A DNA stretch of 64,000 nt from Candidatus Eiseniibacteriota bacterium (GCA_965224245.1 OZ245046.1:6080001-6144000), one strand, 5' to 3'. Counted from the stretch's first letter, positions 50,758-61,314 are shown. Program-made: numbers and translations. Notes: a model not told the origin generated them from the sequence alone.

Positions 50758-53700
50758 GTGCTGCGCATCTCGATCGGGCCGGGACGAACGCCGCTACAGC
50801 TGCTGCTCATCGTCCTCCTCGGATCGGGGGGGCCGGCCGCCGCACAGACCTTCGTGGACGTCACGAACAGCGCACTCGTTGACTGGGGGTATGGCCTGGG
50901 TGCGGCGTGGGGGGACTACGACGACGACGGCGATCTCGACCTCTACGTCCTCAACGGCGGATCTGACCCAAACCGTCTGCTTCGCAACGACGGCGGGACG
51001 TGGGCGGTGGTCACCAGCGGTCCTCTCGGCGACACGGGCTCCGGAGCTGGCATGGCCTGGGGGGATTACGACAACGATGGTGATCTCGACCTCTACGTCG
51101 AGAACTGGGACTCGTCGAACAAGCTGTTCCGCAACGACGGCGGGACGTGGGCGGACGCCACCAGCGGTCCACTCGGCGATGTCGAGGGAGGTACCACGGC
51201 CTGGGGGGACTACGACAACGACGGGGACCTCGACCTCTACGCGGCGCGGAACGTTGGGCCGTCCAAGTTGATCCGCAATGACGGTGCGACGTGGGTGGAT
51301 GTCACGACCGACCCGCTGGGCGACACGAGGAGCAATGGCTTCGTGGCGTGGGGGGATTACGACAACGACGGGGACCTCGATCTCTGCGTCAACGGCGACT
51401 ACCCCGCAAGCCCCAGGCAGTTCCGCAACGACGGCGGGGCATGGGTGCTCGTGACACTCCCGACGTCGCACGCGGATTGTGTAGCGTCAGGCGACTACGA
51501 CAACGACGGGGACCTCGACCTCTATCTCGGGAGAACCTACGACACACTGCTCCGCAACGACGGTGGTACGTGGGCGGATGCCACCAGCGACCCGATCGGC
51601 TACCTTCCGTCAGATGCAGCATGTGCGGCCTGGGGGGACTATGACAACGACGGGGACCTCGACCTCTGCGTCGCCAACCGCGGCCTCGGCTCCCAAGAGG
51701 AACACAACCTGTTCCGCAACGACGCCGGAACCTGGGTGGACGTGGCCGGTGGCCAGCTCGGCGGCGAATATGATCAGGGCTTTGGCGTGGCCTGGGGGGA
51801 CTATGACAACGACGGGGACCTCGACCTCTACATCGTCAACTACGAGGGATGGAACAAGCTCTTCCGGAACGAGGTGGGGAGCAAGAACCACTGGCTGCAG
51901 GTGAAGCTCCAGGGCACGGTGTCCAACTCGGCGGGGATCGGAGCACAGGTCCGGCTGACGGCGGGGGGCATCACGCAGATCCGCGAGCTCTCGGGTGGCT
52001 CGGGCCGGTCGCAGGATGCGCTCATCGCGAGCTTCGGACTGGGCGCCACGTCGACGATCGATCAGCTCGAGGTGATCTGGCCGAGCGGGCTCGTGCAGGT
52101 CGTGAGTCCGCCGCCGACCATGGACGAGAGGATCACGGTGGTGGAAGCGCCGCCCTTCACGGACGTCACGAACGACCCGCTGGACCACGCCGGGCAGAGT
52201 CGGGGTGTCGCGTGGGGGGACTACGACGATGACGGGGACCTCGATCTCTACCTCGCGAACAACGGCTCGGCGAACAAGCTGTTCCGCAACGATGGCGGGA
52301 CGTGGGTGGATGCCACGAGCGGCCCGGTCGGCGATACGAATCGGGGCATTGGTGTGGCGTGGGGGGACTATGACGATGACGGGGACCTCGACCTCTACCT
52401 CGCGAACGACGGCTCGGCGAACAAGCTGTTCCGCAACGATGGCGGGACGTGGGTGGATGCCACGAGCGGCCCGGTCGCCGACACGGGCGATGGCCGGGCC
52501 GTGGCCTGGGGCGACTACGACAACGACGGCGACCTCGATCTCTACCTCGCCAACTTCGGCTCGGCGAACAGGCTCTTCCGCAACGACGGCGGGGTATGGG
52601 TGGACGTCACGAACGATCCGCTCGACGACGCCGGGCAGAGTCGGGGTGTCGCGTGGGGGGACTACGACGATGACGGGGACCTCGATCTCTACCTCGCGAA
52701 CAACGGCACGGCCAACAAGCTGTTCCGCAACGATGGCGGGACGTGGGTGGATGCCACGAGCGGCCCGCTCGGCGATACGGGTCCAGCATCCGGTGTGGCG
52801 TGGGGGGACTTCGACAACGATGAGGACCTCGACCTCTACCTCGCCAACCACGGGGAGGCGAACCGCCTGTTCCGTAACGATGGCGGGATGTGGGTGGATG
52901 CCACGAGCGGCCCGCTCGGCGACACGAACGGGGGCCTTGGTGTGGCGTGGGGGGACTACGACAACGACGCCGACCTCGATCTCTACCTCGCGAACAACGG
53001 CGCTGCGAACAAGCTCTTCCGCAACGATGACGGGACGTGGGTGGATGCCACGAGCGGACCGTTCGACGACACGGGGCTCGGCCAGAGTGTGGCGTGGGGG
53101 GACTACGACGAGGACGGAGATCTCGACCTCTACCTTGCCAACTCCAATTCGGCCAACAAGCTGTTCCGTAACGAGGTGGGGAGCGAGAACCACTGGCTCC
53201 AGGTGAAGCTGCGGGGGACCGTGTCCAACTCGGCCGGGATCGGCGCACGGGTCCGTCTGACGGCCGGGGGCGTCACGCAGATCCGTGAGCTCTCCGGTGG
53301 CTCGGGATACCTGTCGCAGGATGCTCTGACCGCGAGCTTCGGGCTGGGCGCCACGACGGTGATCGATCAGCTCGAGGTGGTTTGGCCGAGCGGGTTCGTG
53401 CAGGTGGTGAGCCCGCCGCCGGCGGTCGACGGGACCCTCACGGTGGTGGAGGATCTGCTCTTCACGGATGTCACGAGCGGCCCACTCGGTGACACGGGGC
53501 AGGGCCAGGGCGTGGCGTGGGGAGACTATGACGACGACGGGGACCTCGACTGCTACGTGGGCAACTATGGTCAGGCGAACAAGCTCTTTCGCAACGACGC
53601 GGGAGCCTGGGTGGACGCCACGAGCGGTCCGCTGGGTGACACGGGCAACGTGCGCGGCGTGGCCTGGGGGGACTACGACGACGACGGGGATCTCGACCTC

Positions 53701-56700
53701 TACGTCGCGAACAACGGCTCGGCGAACCGGCTGTTCCGCAACGACGGCGGAAGCTGGGTGGATGCCGCCACCGGCCCGCTCGCCGATGCGGGCCCCGGCG
53801 CTGGCGTGGCGTGGGGCGACTACGACAACGACGGGGATCTCGACCTCTACCTCGCCAACTTCAGCTCGGCGAACAAGCTCTTCCGCAACGACGGCGGCAC
53901 GTGGGTGGACGCGACCAGCGGTCCGCTCGGCAGCACTGCCGCGTCCTACGGGGTCGCGTGGGGCGACTACGACGGCGACGGAGACCTCGACCTCTACGTC
54001 TCGAACAACGGCACGGCCAACAAGCTCTTCCGCAACGACGCGGGCACGTGGGTGGACGCCACCAGCGGACCCCTGGGCAACGCGGGGCAGGGCCGGGGTG
54101 TGGCGTGGGGCGACTACGACAACGACGGGGACCTCGACCTCTACCTCGCCAACTTCAGCTCGGCGAACAAGCTCTTCCGCAACGACGTCGGGACGTGGGT
54201 GGACGCCACCAGCGGTCCGCTCGGAGACGCCGGTGGGGGCTTCGGCGTGGCATGGGGAGACCACGACAACGACGGGGACCTCGATCTCTATCTCGCGAAC
54301 TGGAACTCGGCGAACAGGCTCTTCCGCAACGACGATGGCACGTGGGTGGATGCCACGAGCCCTTCACTCGGCGATACGGGTCCGGGCCGAGGCGTGGCAT
54401 GGGGAGACCACGACGACGACGGCGACCTCGACCTCTACCTCGTCAACTACGGAGAGGCCAACAAGCTCTTCCGGAACGAGGTGGGGATCGAGAATCACTG
54501 GCTGCGGGTGAAGCTCCAGGGCACGGTGTCAAACTCTTACGGGATCGGCGCGCGGGTCCGGGTGACGGCGGGGGGCATCACACAGGTGCGCGAGCTGTCG
54601 GGTGGCTCGGGCTGGCTGTCGCAGGACGCGCCGAGCGCGAGCTTCGGGCTAGGTGCCTCGACGACGATCGATCAGCTCGAGGTGGTCTGGCCGAGCGGGC
54701 TGGTCCAGGTCGTCAGCCCACCGCCGACCGTCGACGGGATGATCACGGTGGTGGAAGACATCCCCTTCACCGACGCCACGAGCGCCCCGCTCGGGGACAC
54801 GGGGCAAGGCTATGGCGTGGCCTGGGGGGACTACGACGACGACGGCGACCTCGACGTCTATGTCGCCAACTACGCTTCCGCGAACAAGCTCTTCCGTAAC
54901 GACGGTGCAACGTGGGTGGATGCCACGAGCGGTCCACTCGGTGACACGGGCCCCGGCCGGGGGGTGGCCTGGGCAGACGCCGACAACGATGGGGATCTCG
55001 ACCTCTACCTCGCGAACGCCGGCACGGCGAACAAGCTGTTCCGCAACGATGGCGGGACGTGGGTGGACGCCACCGGCGGTCCACTCGGTGACTCGGGTAA
55101 CGGTCTTGGCGTGGCGTGGGGGGATTACGATAACGACGGCGACCTCGACCTCTATCTCGCGAACGGTACCACGGCGAACAAGCTGTTCCGCAACGACGGT
55201 GGAGCCTGGGTGGACGCCACGAGCGGCCCCCTCGGTGACTCTGGTCGTGGTCACTGCGTGGCGTGGGGAGACTACGACGACGACGGTGACCTCGACCTCT
55301 ATCTCACCAACATCGGGGAACCGAACAAGCTGTTCCGCAACGACGGTGGAGCATGGGTGGATGCCACGAGCGGCCTCCTCGGCGACTCGGGGATCGGCTA
55401 TGGCGTGGCCTGGGGGGACTACGACAATGACGGCGACGTTGATCTCTACGTTGTCAATTTCGATTCGGCTAACAAGCTCTTCCGCAACGATGACGGGACA
55501 TGGGTGGACGTCACTAGCGGTCCCCTCGGTGACGCGGGTGGCCGGGGTGTGGCGTGGGGGGACTATGACAACGATGGGGACCTCGACCTCTACGTCACCA
55601 GCGTGCATGCGGCGAACCGGCTGCTCCGCAACGATGGTGGAACGTGGGCAGATGTCACGAGTGGTCCTGTCGGTGATGTGGCCAGTGCCGGAGGCGTTGC
55701 ATGGGGGGACTATGACAACGATGGGGATGTCGATCTCTACCTCGCCAACGTGAGCACTGGGAACAAGCTCTTGCAGAACGAGGTGGGGAGCGAGAACCAC
55801 TGGCTGCAGGTCAGGCTCCAGGGGACGGTGTCGAACCGGGCGGGCATCGGAGCGCGGGTCCGGGTGACGGCGGGAGGCACCACACAGACGCGCGAGCTGT
55901 CGGGTGGCTCGGGCTACCTGTCGCAGGATGCGCTCATCGCGAGCTTCGGACTGGGCGCCACGTCGACGATCGATCAGCTCGATGTGACCTGGCCGGGCGG
56001 GCTCGTGCAGGTCGTGAGTCCGCCGCCGACCGTGGACGAGAGGATTACGGTGGTGGAAGCACCACCTTTCACGGACGTCACGAACGACCCGCTCGGCGAC
56101 GCCGGCTCGGGTCGGGGTGTGGCATGGGGGGACTACGACGACGACGGTGACCTCGATCTCTACCTCGTGAACAACGGCACGGCAAACAAGCTGTTCCGCA
56201 ACGACGGCGAAACGTGGGTGGAAGCCACGAGCGGCCCGCTCGGGGACACGGGCCTTGGACGAGGCGCGGCGTGGAGTGACGAGGACAACGACGGTGACCT
56301 GGACCTCTACCTCGCCAACTACAATTCCGCGAACAAGCTGTTCCGCAACGATGGCGGGATGTGGGTCGATGCCACGAGTGGTCCGCTCGGCGACACGGGA
56401 AACGGCTTTGGCGTGGCGTGGGGGGATTACGACAACGACGGGGATGTCGACCTCTATCTTGCCAACTACAACTCGGCGAACAAGCTGTTCCGCAACGACG
56501 GGGGGGTGTGGGTGGACGCGACGAGCGACCCGCTCGGCGACACCGACGGCCGGGGTGTGGCGTGGGGGGACTACGACGGCGACGGCGATCTCGACCTTTA
56601 CGTCGCCAACAACGGCACGGCGAACCAGCTGTTCCGCAATGACGGCGGCGCGTGGGTGGATGCCACCTCGAGCCCGCTGGACGACACAGGGTTTGGCCGG

Positions 56701-57672
56701 GGCGCGGCGTGGGCGGACTACGACAGCGACGGCGATCTTGATCTCTACCTCACCAACTACGAGTCACCAAACAAGCTGTTCCGCAACGACGGCGGAGCCT
56801 GGGTGGACGCCACCAGCGGTCCGCTGGGCGACACGGGTGGGGGCTTTGGCGTGGCGTGGGGCGACTACGACAACGATGGGGATGTCGACCTCTACCTCGC
56901 CAACGACGGTTCGGCCAACAAGCTGTTCCGCAACGACGGTGGGACGTGGGCGGAGGCCACGAGCGCTCCACTCGACGACACGGGGCAGGGCTATGGCGTG
57001 GCGTGGGGAGACTGCGATGACGATGGGGATCTCGACCTCTACCTCGTCAACTCCAGCTCGACCAACAGGCTCTTCCGCAACGAGGTGGGGAACGAGAACC
57101 ACTGGCTGCAGGTGAAGCTCCAGGGGACGGCGTCCAACCGGGCGGGCATCGGTGCGCGGGTCAGACTCACCGCGGGAGGCACCACGCAGCTCCGCGAGCT
57201 GTCGGGTGGCTCGGGCTACCTGTCGCAGGATGCCCTCACCGCGAGCTTCGGCCTCGGCTCCACGACGACGATCGACCAGCTCGAGGTGAGCTGGCCGAGC
57301 GGGATCCTGCAGGAGGTCGATCCCCCCGGTGTCGACCAGAAGATCACGGTCATCGAAGCGGATCTGCTCGGGGTGTTCCCCTTGACGATGCCGCGGCACA
57401 TCGTGCTCCATCCCGCCGCGCCGAATCCCTTCTCGGGCACGACGAGCATCCGCTACGACCTCCCCCGCCGGTCGAACGTCCACCTGCGGCTGTATGACGT
57501 GACGGGGCGTCTGCTGCGCGTGCTGGAGAGCTCCCCGCGGAGCGCGGGACGGCACGTGTCGGTGTGGGACGGCACGGACCGCGCCGGCGCGAAGGCGGCG
57601 CCAGGCGTGTACTTCTATCGACTGGAGACGGACGACTTCGGGGCCACGCGACGCGTCATGAGACTACGGTGA
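50758..57672 (+). CDS. Giant secreted protein: 5x (7 FG-GAP blades + ASPIC/UnbV), CRTAC1-like, + FlgD CTD
   Basis: ~35 AWGDYDNDGDLDLY repeats; five NHWL.V.L.G..SN..GIGA.V modules; PNPF...WDGTD...GVYFYRL. Confidence 0.93.
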   Translation: MLRISIGPGRTPLQLLLIVLLGSGGPAAAQTFVDVTNSALVDWGYGLGAAWGDYDDDGDLDLYVLNGGSDPNRLLRNDGGTWAVVTSGPLGDTGSGAGMAWGDYDNDGDLDLYVENWDSSNKLFRNDGGTWADATSGPLGDVEGGTTAWGDYDNDGDLDLYAARNVGPSKLIRNDGATWVDVTTDPLGDTRSNGFVAWGDYDNDGDLDLCVNGDYPASPRQFRNDGGAWVLVTLPTSHADCVASGDYDNDGDLDLYLGRTYDTLLRNDGGTWADATSDPIGYLPSDAACAAWGDYDNDGDLDLCVANRGLGSQEEHNLFRNDAGTWVDVAGGQLGGEYDQGFGVAWGDYDNDGDLDLYIVNYEGWNKLFRNEVGSKNHWLQVKLQGTVSNSAGIGAQVRLTAGGITQIRELSGGSGRSQDALIASFGLGATSTIDQLEVIWPSGLVQVVSPPPTMDERITVVEAPPFTDVTNDPLDHAGQSRGVAWGDYDDDGDLDLYLANNGSANKLFRNDGGTWVDATSGPVGDTNRGIGVAWGDYDDDGDLDLYLANDGSANKLFRNDGGTWVDATSGPVADTGDGRAVAWGDYDNDGDLDLYLANFGSANRLFRNDGGVWVDVTNDPLDDAGQSRGVAWGDYDDDGDLDLYLANNGTANKLFRNDGGTWVDATSGPLGDTGPASGVAWGDFDNDEDLDLYLANHGEANRLFRNDGGMWVDATSGPLGDTNGGLGVAWGDYDNDADLDLYLANNGAANKLFRNDDGTWVDATSGPFDDTGLGQSVAWGDYDEDGDLDLYLANSNSANKLFRNEVGSENHWLQVKLRGTVSNSAGIGARVRLTAGGVTQIRELSGGSGYLSQDALTASFGLGATTVIDQLEVVWPSGFVQVVSPPPAVDGTLTVVEDLLFTDVTSGPLGDTGQGQGVAWGDYDDDGDLDCYVGNYGQANKLFRNDAGAWVDATSGPLGDTGNVRGVAWGDYDDDGDLDLYVANNGSANRLFRNDGGSWVDAATGPLADAGPGAGVAWGDYDNDGDLDLYLANFSSANKLFRNDGGTWVDATSGPLGSTAASYGVAWGDYDGDGDLDLYVSNNGTANKLFRNDAGTWVDATSGPLGNAGQGRGVAWGDYDNDGDLDLYLANFSSANKLFRNDVGTWVDATSGPLGDAGGGFGVAWGDHDNDGDLDLYLANWNSANRLFRNDDGTWVDATSPSLGDTGPGRGVAWGDHDDDGDLDLYLVNYGEANKLFRNEVGIENHWLRVKLQGTVSNSYGIGARVRVTAGGITQVRELSGGSGWLSQDAPSASFGLGASTTIDQLEVVWPSGLVQVVSPPPTVDGMITVVEDIPFTDATSAPLGDTGQGYGVAWGDYDDDGDLDVYVANYASANKLFRNDGATWVDATSGPLGDTGPGRGVAWADADNDGDLDLYLANAGTANKLFRNDGGTWVDATGGPLGDSGNGLGVAWGDYDNDGDLDLYLANGTTANKLFRNDGGAWVDATSGPLGDSGRGHCVAWGDYDDDGDLDLYLTNIGEPNKLFRNDGGAWVDATSGLLGDSGIGYGVAWGDYDNDGDVDLYVVNFDSANKLFRNDDGTWVDVTSGPLGDAGGRGVAWGDYDNDGDLDLYVTSVHAANRLLRNDGGTWADVTSGPVGDVASAGGVAWGDYDNDGDVDLYLANVSTGNKLLQNEVGSENHWLQVRLQGTVSNRAGIGARVRVTAGGTTQTRELSGGSGYLSQDALIASFGLGATSTIDQLDVTWPGGLVQVVSPPPTVDERITVVEAPPFTDVTNDPLGDAGSGRGVAWGDYDDDGDLDLYLVNNGTANKLFRNDGETWVEATSGPLGDTGLGRGAAWSDEDNDGDLDLYLANYNSANKLFRNDGGMWVDATSGPLGDTGNGFGVAWGDYDNDGDVDLYLANYNSANKLFRNDGGVWVDATSDPLGDTDGRGVAWGDYDGDGDLDLYVANNGTANQLFRNDGGAWVDATSSPLDDTGFGRGAAWADYDSDGDLDLYLTNYESPNKLFRNDGGAWVDATSGPLGDTGGGFGVAWGDYDNDGDVDLYLANDGSANKLFRNDGGTWAEATSAPLDDTGQGYGVAWGDCDDDGDLDLYLVNSSSTNRLFRNEVGNENHWLQVKLQGTASNRAGIGARVRLTAGGTTQLRELSGGSGYLSQDALTASFGLGSTTTIDQLEVSWPSGILQEVDPPGVDQKITVIEADLLGVFPLTMPRHIVLHPAAPNPFSGTTSIRYDLPRRSNVHLRLYDVTGRLLRVLESSPRSAGRHVSVWDGTDRAGAKAAPGVYFYRLETDDFGATRRVMRLR

Positions 57673-57849
57673 TGACTCGACGTGGCTGCGCCTGCGGGTG
57701 GCCCGCGTGAGGTCCCAATGAACGGGACCGGGGCCGCAACGTCAGCTGCCGCTCGAACTCGTGGTGTCCGTAAATTGGCAACGAACCCGGCGGGCTGCCC
57801 AAGTTCCACGACCGGAGGGTCGCGTGAGGTCGTTCGAGTCTTCGGACAC

Positions 57850-58137
57850 TACACCGAGGCGCTGGACGCATCACGACGGGCGATCCGCGAGGGCGAGGTG
57901 CTGCTCCCACGCCGGGGACCGGTGGTCGAGGCGTTCGCCACGCAGCTCGCGAACGATGCCAAGCGGCTCCTGGAGGACGAGGAGACGGGGGCGCAGAGCT
58001 ATCGGTACGTGAAGCTCGGGACCAACCACTACTCGCTGGCCTGGACCTACTGGCTGGCGATCGATCGCCTGGTGGTGTGGCCCACGCTGGATCGGCGGTT
58101 CATCCGTCGTCGACCGCGCCCCCGGCTGCCGCGGTGA
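57850..58137 (+). pseudogene. C-terminal remnant of GpA-type terminase large subunit
   Basis: TEALDASRRAIREGEVLLPRR...EDEETGAQSYRYV.LGTNH aligns with 39295-39546. Confidence 0.85.
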
Positions 58138-58818
58138 TGGCCGTGCTGACGGGGTCGGGGAGAGCGCTCTCCCGAGGTGCCGAAACCGGTCACGACGGGC
58201 GTTCCGAACGCTCGAAACGGTCCTCACGCGCGTGTGAAACGTCCGAACCGTGACGCGGGAGGGGGCATCGATGCCCGAACGCGGACGCGGCGTGCCCTCG
58301 ATCGGCCCCTTCGAGACGCGACGGGCCGACCCGCCCGATCCTGTAACGCTTTGACACATGGACAGGTGGGGAGTTCAGGTCCTTCGGCGGTGCCCGGCGA
58401 CGGTGTGATTTGGTCGTGAAACCTGCCCCAAACCTGCCCCTTGGCCTGGAATCCGGCCCCTGGACGGCCACACAGGCGGTGTGTCGTACTCCGACACGGA
58501 AACGATTATGTGGCTGTGAGTTACGGCTGTCTTGGGTTGCCCGATCCCTCGACGATGCAGCGACGCTGGACGGGGCTCCTGGGTCTGGGCAGGAAGGTGG
58601 AATGATGCAGTCGCATCATTGCGAGCGCCTCATTCCGAGTCCGGCCCGGACACTGGATTGGAGGACGAGATGGCTTTCTGGACCCGGCAGACGCGGGGGG
58701 CGTCCCCGCCCGTGACGTCAGACGTGGGCGAGGTGACGAAGCCGGAGCGTCTCGACACAAACCAAGAGGCGATCCCTCCCAACCCGAGAGAATCGCCTCT
58801 TGACAGGGTCATTCCATA

Positions 58819-61158
58819 TCACCGGGTGAGAACCAGCCGCTGGGTGATCGAGGACGACCCGTGTGAGAGCTGGACGAAGTAGACGCCTGACGGAACCTCG
58901 CGTCCGTGATCATCCCGTCCATCCCAGCCGAGCCGGTGAACACCCGCCGCGAGCATGGCGTGGGGTACCAGCCGGCGCAGCATCCGTCCGCGCGCGTCGT
59001 AGACCGACACGTGCGCCAGCGCCGGCCGGAGCAGCTGGAACGTCACGACCGTGGCCCGGCGGAACGGGCTCGGCGAGACCCCGAGCATGTGCTCGACCCT
59101 GTCCGCCGGCTGCTCGGGTGAGCCAGCCGACAGGGGACACGGATCGGAGCTCAACCGATAGCTGACCACGCGCTCATCGTTCCCCACGTGCCCGAGCGAG
59201 AGCATGTCGAACCGCATCGACACCGCCCATCCGAACTGGTCGATGCCCGCGGGATCCCGGAGCTTGTCGACGGGTAGCCAGTCCAACCCATCGAACTGGT
59301 AGACGTAGGCGGCGTCGGCATTGGCTGCGCCGGCGACGAGGACGTCCCCGCGAGCGTCCATCTCCCATCCGAACCAGTCGAAGCTGGAGCCGTCGGAGTC
59401 CCAGGCGGAGACGGTGGACGCGTGAACCCATCCCGTTCCGTCGTGTCGGTACACGTGACACCGGCCGGGGCCGGCGGCCGACGTGGACGCGGAGATGAAC
59501 AACCGGTCGCCCGTCACACTGTCGGAGGCGAGGACGACGTCGTCTCCGAAGCACTGCGCCGGCGACTGCGGCGGCAGGATCTCCTGTACCTGCTCGAAGC
59601 TCGACGACAGGGCGTCGTACTCGAAGACGTACGTCACGCCGAAATCCCCGCTGGCGAGCGGTGCTGCCCAGTCGGACACCACGATCATGTCCCGGATCTC
59701 CGACACCGGGGCGCCGGCGCGACCGATCGCGAGGCTTTCGCCGAACCCACTGAGCGACAGGACGTCGGGACCCCGTGTCGGCGTGATGGTGATCAGGGGC
59801 ACGATGCCCTCCGCGCCCGCGTAATCGAACATCTCCACGTAGGAGTCATTCCCCTTGGCGGAGCCGATCGCGAGGAACCCTTCCTCGACGACGTCCATGC
59901 CGTAGCCCCATGCCTCGGTGGAGGGCGAGACCGGCGCCAGCCGGTCGTACTCCGTCCAGGTCTCGCCGTCCGAATGGAAGACATACACGGCGTCGTCGTC
60001 GCCCCACGGCTGGTTGGCGATCAGCGCCAGGGGTGGGCTCATCACGACGCGGTAGCCGAACTGCTTGTCCGGACCGGGATCCGAAGGGAAGAGGGTCTGC
60101 TCGAGGTCCCAGCTCGCACCGTTCCACCGGTAGAGGTAGGCGGCCCCGCCGGCCGGGGCGAGGCTGTCGTCGAGCGGCGCCCCGACCAGCATCACGAATC
60201 GATCGTCGTAGTAGTCGAACTGAACGTCGACCGAGGCCCGGCCGAACCAGCCGGGGTCGCTGGGTTCGACGAGCTCCTCGAAGCAGATGTGGCAGGGCGA
60301 GGTGCCCTGGGCGTCCAGCGACACGTCGATCGGCTGGACCGAGTAGGGCGTCCAGCTGGAAAGCTGCTGGCCCGAGAGCGTCGTCCGCAGAATGCGACCC
60401 CCATCCCCGGCACCGGTCGTCCAGTACATCCGACCCCCGGGCAGATCCAGGATGAGGAACTGGGGCTCGGTCAGCCCGCTCACCAGCAGCGTCGCGTCGC
60501 TTCCGTCGAGCGACGCACGCCAGATCTCGCCGTCGGTGTTGTCACTCCAGTAGAGGTGGTCGGACTCGACATCCAGGGCCACGTCCCATGGAGACGTCAG
60601 GCCGCTGGCCAGAATCTCGAGGGACGATCCATCGAGGTTGGCTCTGTAGAGCCCTCTCGACGACGCATCGACCCAGTACATCGCGCCGGCATCCAGATCC
60701 AGCTCGATCCCCATCGGATCGCGCCCCGTGATGATTGTCTCCCGACCCGTGCCATCCAGGTTGGACCGCTCGATCCGACTGGCATCGATGTCACTCCAGT
60801 AGAGCTTGCCCGCCAGAGGATCCATGGTGATGTCGCGCGCCCGGAGGAGCCCCGTGGAGATCACGATCTCCACGTTCGACCCGTCGAGATTGGCACGTGA
60901 GATCGTGTCGTCGGTCTGATCCGTCCAGTAAACCTTCCCGCCGTCTATGTCCACGTGAATCCCGGAGGGATCGGTGAGACCGGACACGATCTCCGTCGGG
61001 GCACGTGGATTGCTGAGCGGCGCCCGAACGATGGCGCCGAGGTCATCGTCGGCCCACCACAGGTAGCGCAGGGCGTCACAAGGTGCTTGAGCGGCGGCGC
61101 CCAGCGCCGTAACCAGTGACAGCATAAGCAGATACGACAGAGAAAGAGATCGAGTCAT
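58819..61158 (-). CDS. Secreted protein: LDL-receptor YWTD propeller + FG-GAP propeller + FlgD CTD
   Basis: KVYWTD, KLYWSD, RANLDGS repeats; VGAP.DD....GAAYLY; YDARGR...WDGRD...SGVYFV. Confidence 0.88.
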   Translation of the reverse strand: MTRSLSLSYLLMLSLVTALGAAAQAPCDALRYLWWADDDLGAIVRAPLSNPRAPTEIVSGLTDPSGIHVDIDGGKVYWTDQTDDTISRANLDGSNVEIVISTGLLRARDITMDPLAGKLYWSDIDASRIERSNLDGTGRETIITGRDPMGIELDLDAGAMYWVDASSRGLYRANLDGSSLEILASGLTSPWDVALDVESDHLYWSDNTDGEIWRASLDGSDATLLVSGLTEPQFLILDLPGGRMYWTTGAGDGGRILRTTLSGQQLSSWTPYSVQPIDVSLDAQGTSPCHICFEELVEPSDPGWFGRASVDVQFDYYDDRFVMLVGAPLDDSLAPAGGAAYLYRWNGASWDLEQTLFPSDPGPDKQFGYRVVMSPPLALIANQPWGDDDAVYVFHSDGETWTEYDRLAPVSPSTEAWGYGMDVVEEGFLAIGSAKGNDSYVEMFDYAGAEGIVPLITITPTRGPDVLSLSGFGESLAIGRAGAPVSEIRDMIVVSDWAAPLASGDFGVTYVFEYDALSSSFEQVQEILPPQSPAQCFGDDVVLASDSVTGDRLFISASTSAAGPGRCHVYRHDGTGWVHASTVSAWDSDGSSFDWFGWEMDARGDVLVAGAANADAAYVYQFDGLDWLPVDKLRDPAGIDQFGWAVSMRFDMLSLGHVGNDERVVSYRLSSDPCPLSAGSPEQPADRVEHMLGVSPSPFRRATVVTFQLLRPALAHVSVYDARGRMLRRLVPHAMLAAGVHRLGWDGRDDHGREVPSGVYFVQLSHGSSSITQRLVLTR

Positions 61159-61314
61159 CGTGACCCCCCGAGGTTGCAGACCCGTTACCGGGAACGGGCG
61201 ATCCTCGTGGGCCACTCCCCGAAGAGACCACCCCTGCTGTGTTACGCGCAGGAGGGGGATGGAACCGGCCACGAAAAGGCAGGAACGGGGCTGTCGAACC
61301 CGGAGAGGGACTGG

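Larger units (their letters stand above)
47071..58530. mobile_element. Second, decayed element of the same family in tandem (right end not located)
   Basis: Homologous left end, TerL C-terminal remnant, same post-TerL block. Confidence 0.7.

Noticed and set aside
50850-57100. Regularly spaced ~147-bp repeats resembling a CRISPR array
   Set aside because: They are in-frame FG-GAP coding repeats with synonymous variation
58670-58882. Small ORF MAFWTRQ... with good RBS as a portal N-terminal remnant
   Set aside because: Too short, with no portal motif, and no counterpart seen after TerL in element 1; worth rechecking, since a true portal remnant would weaken the capsid-less interpretation
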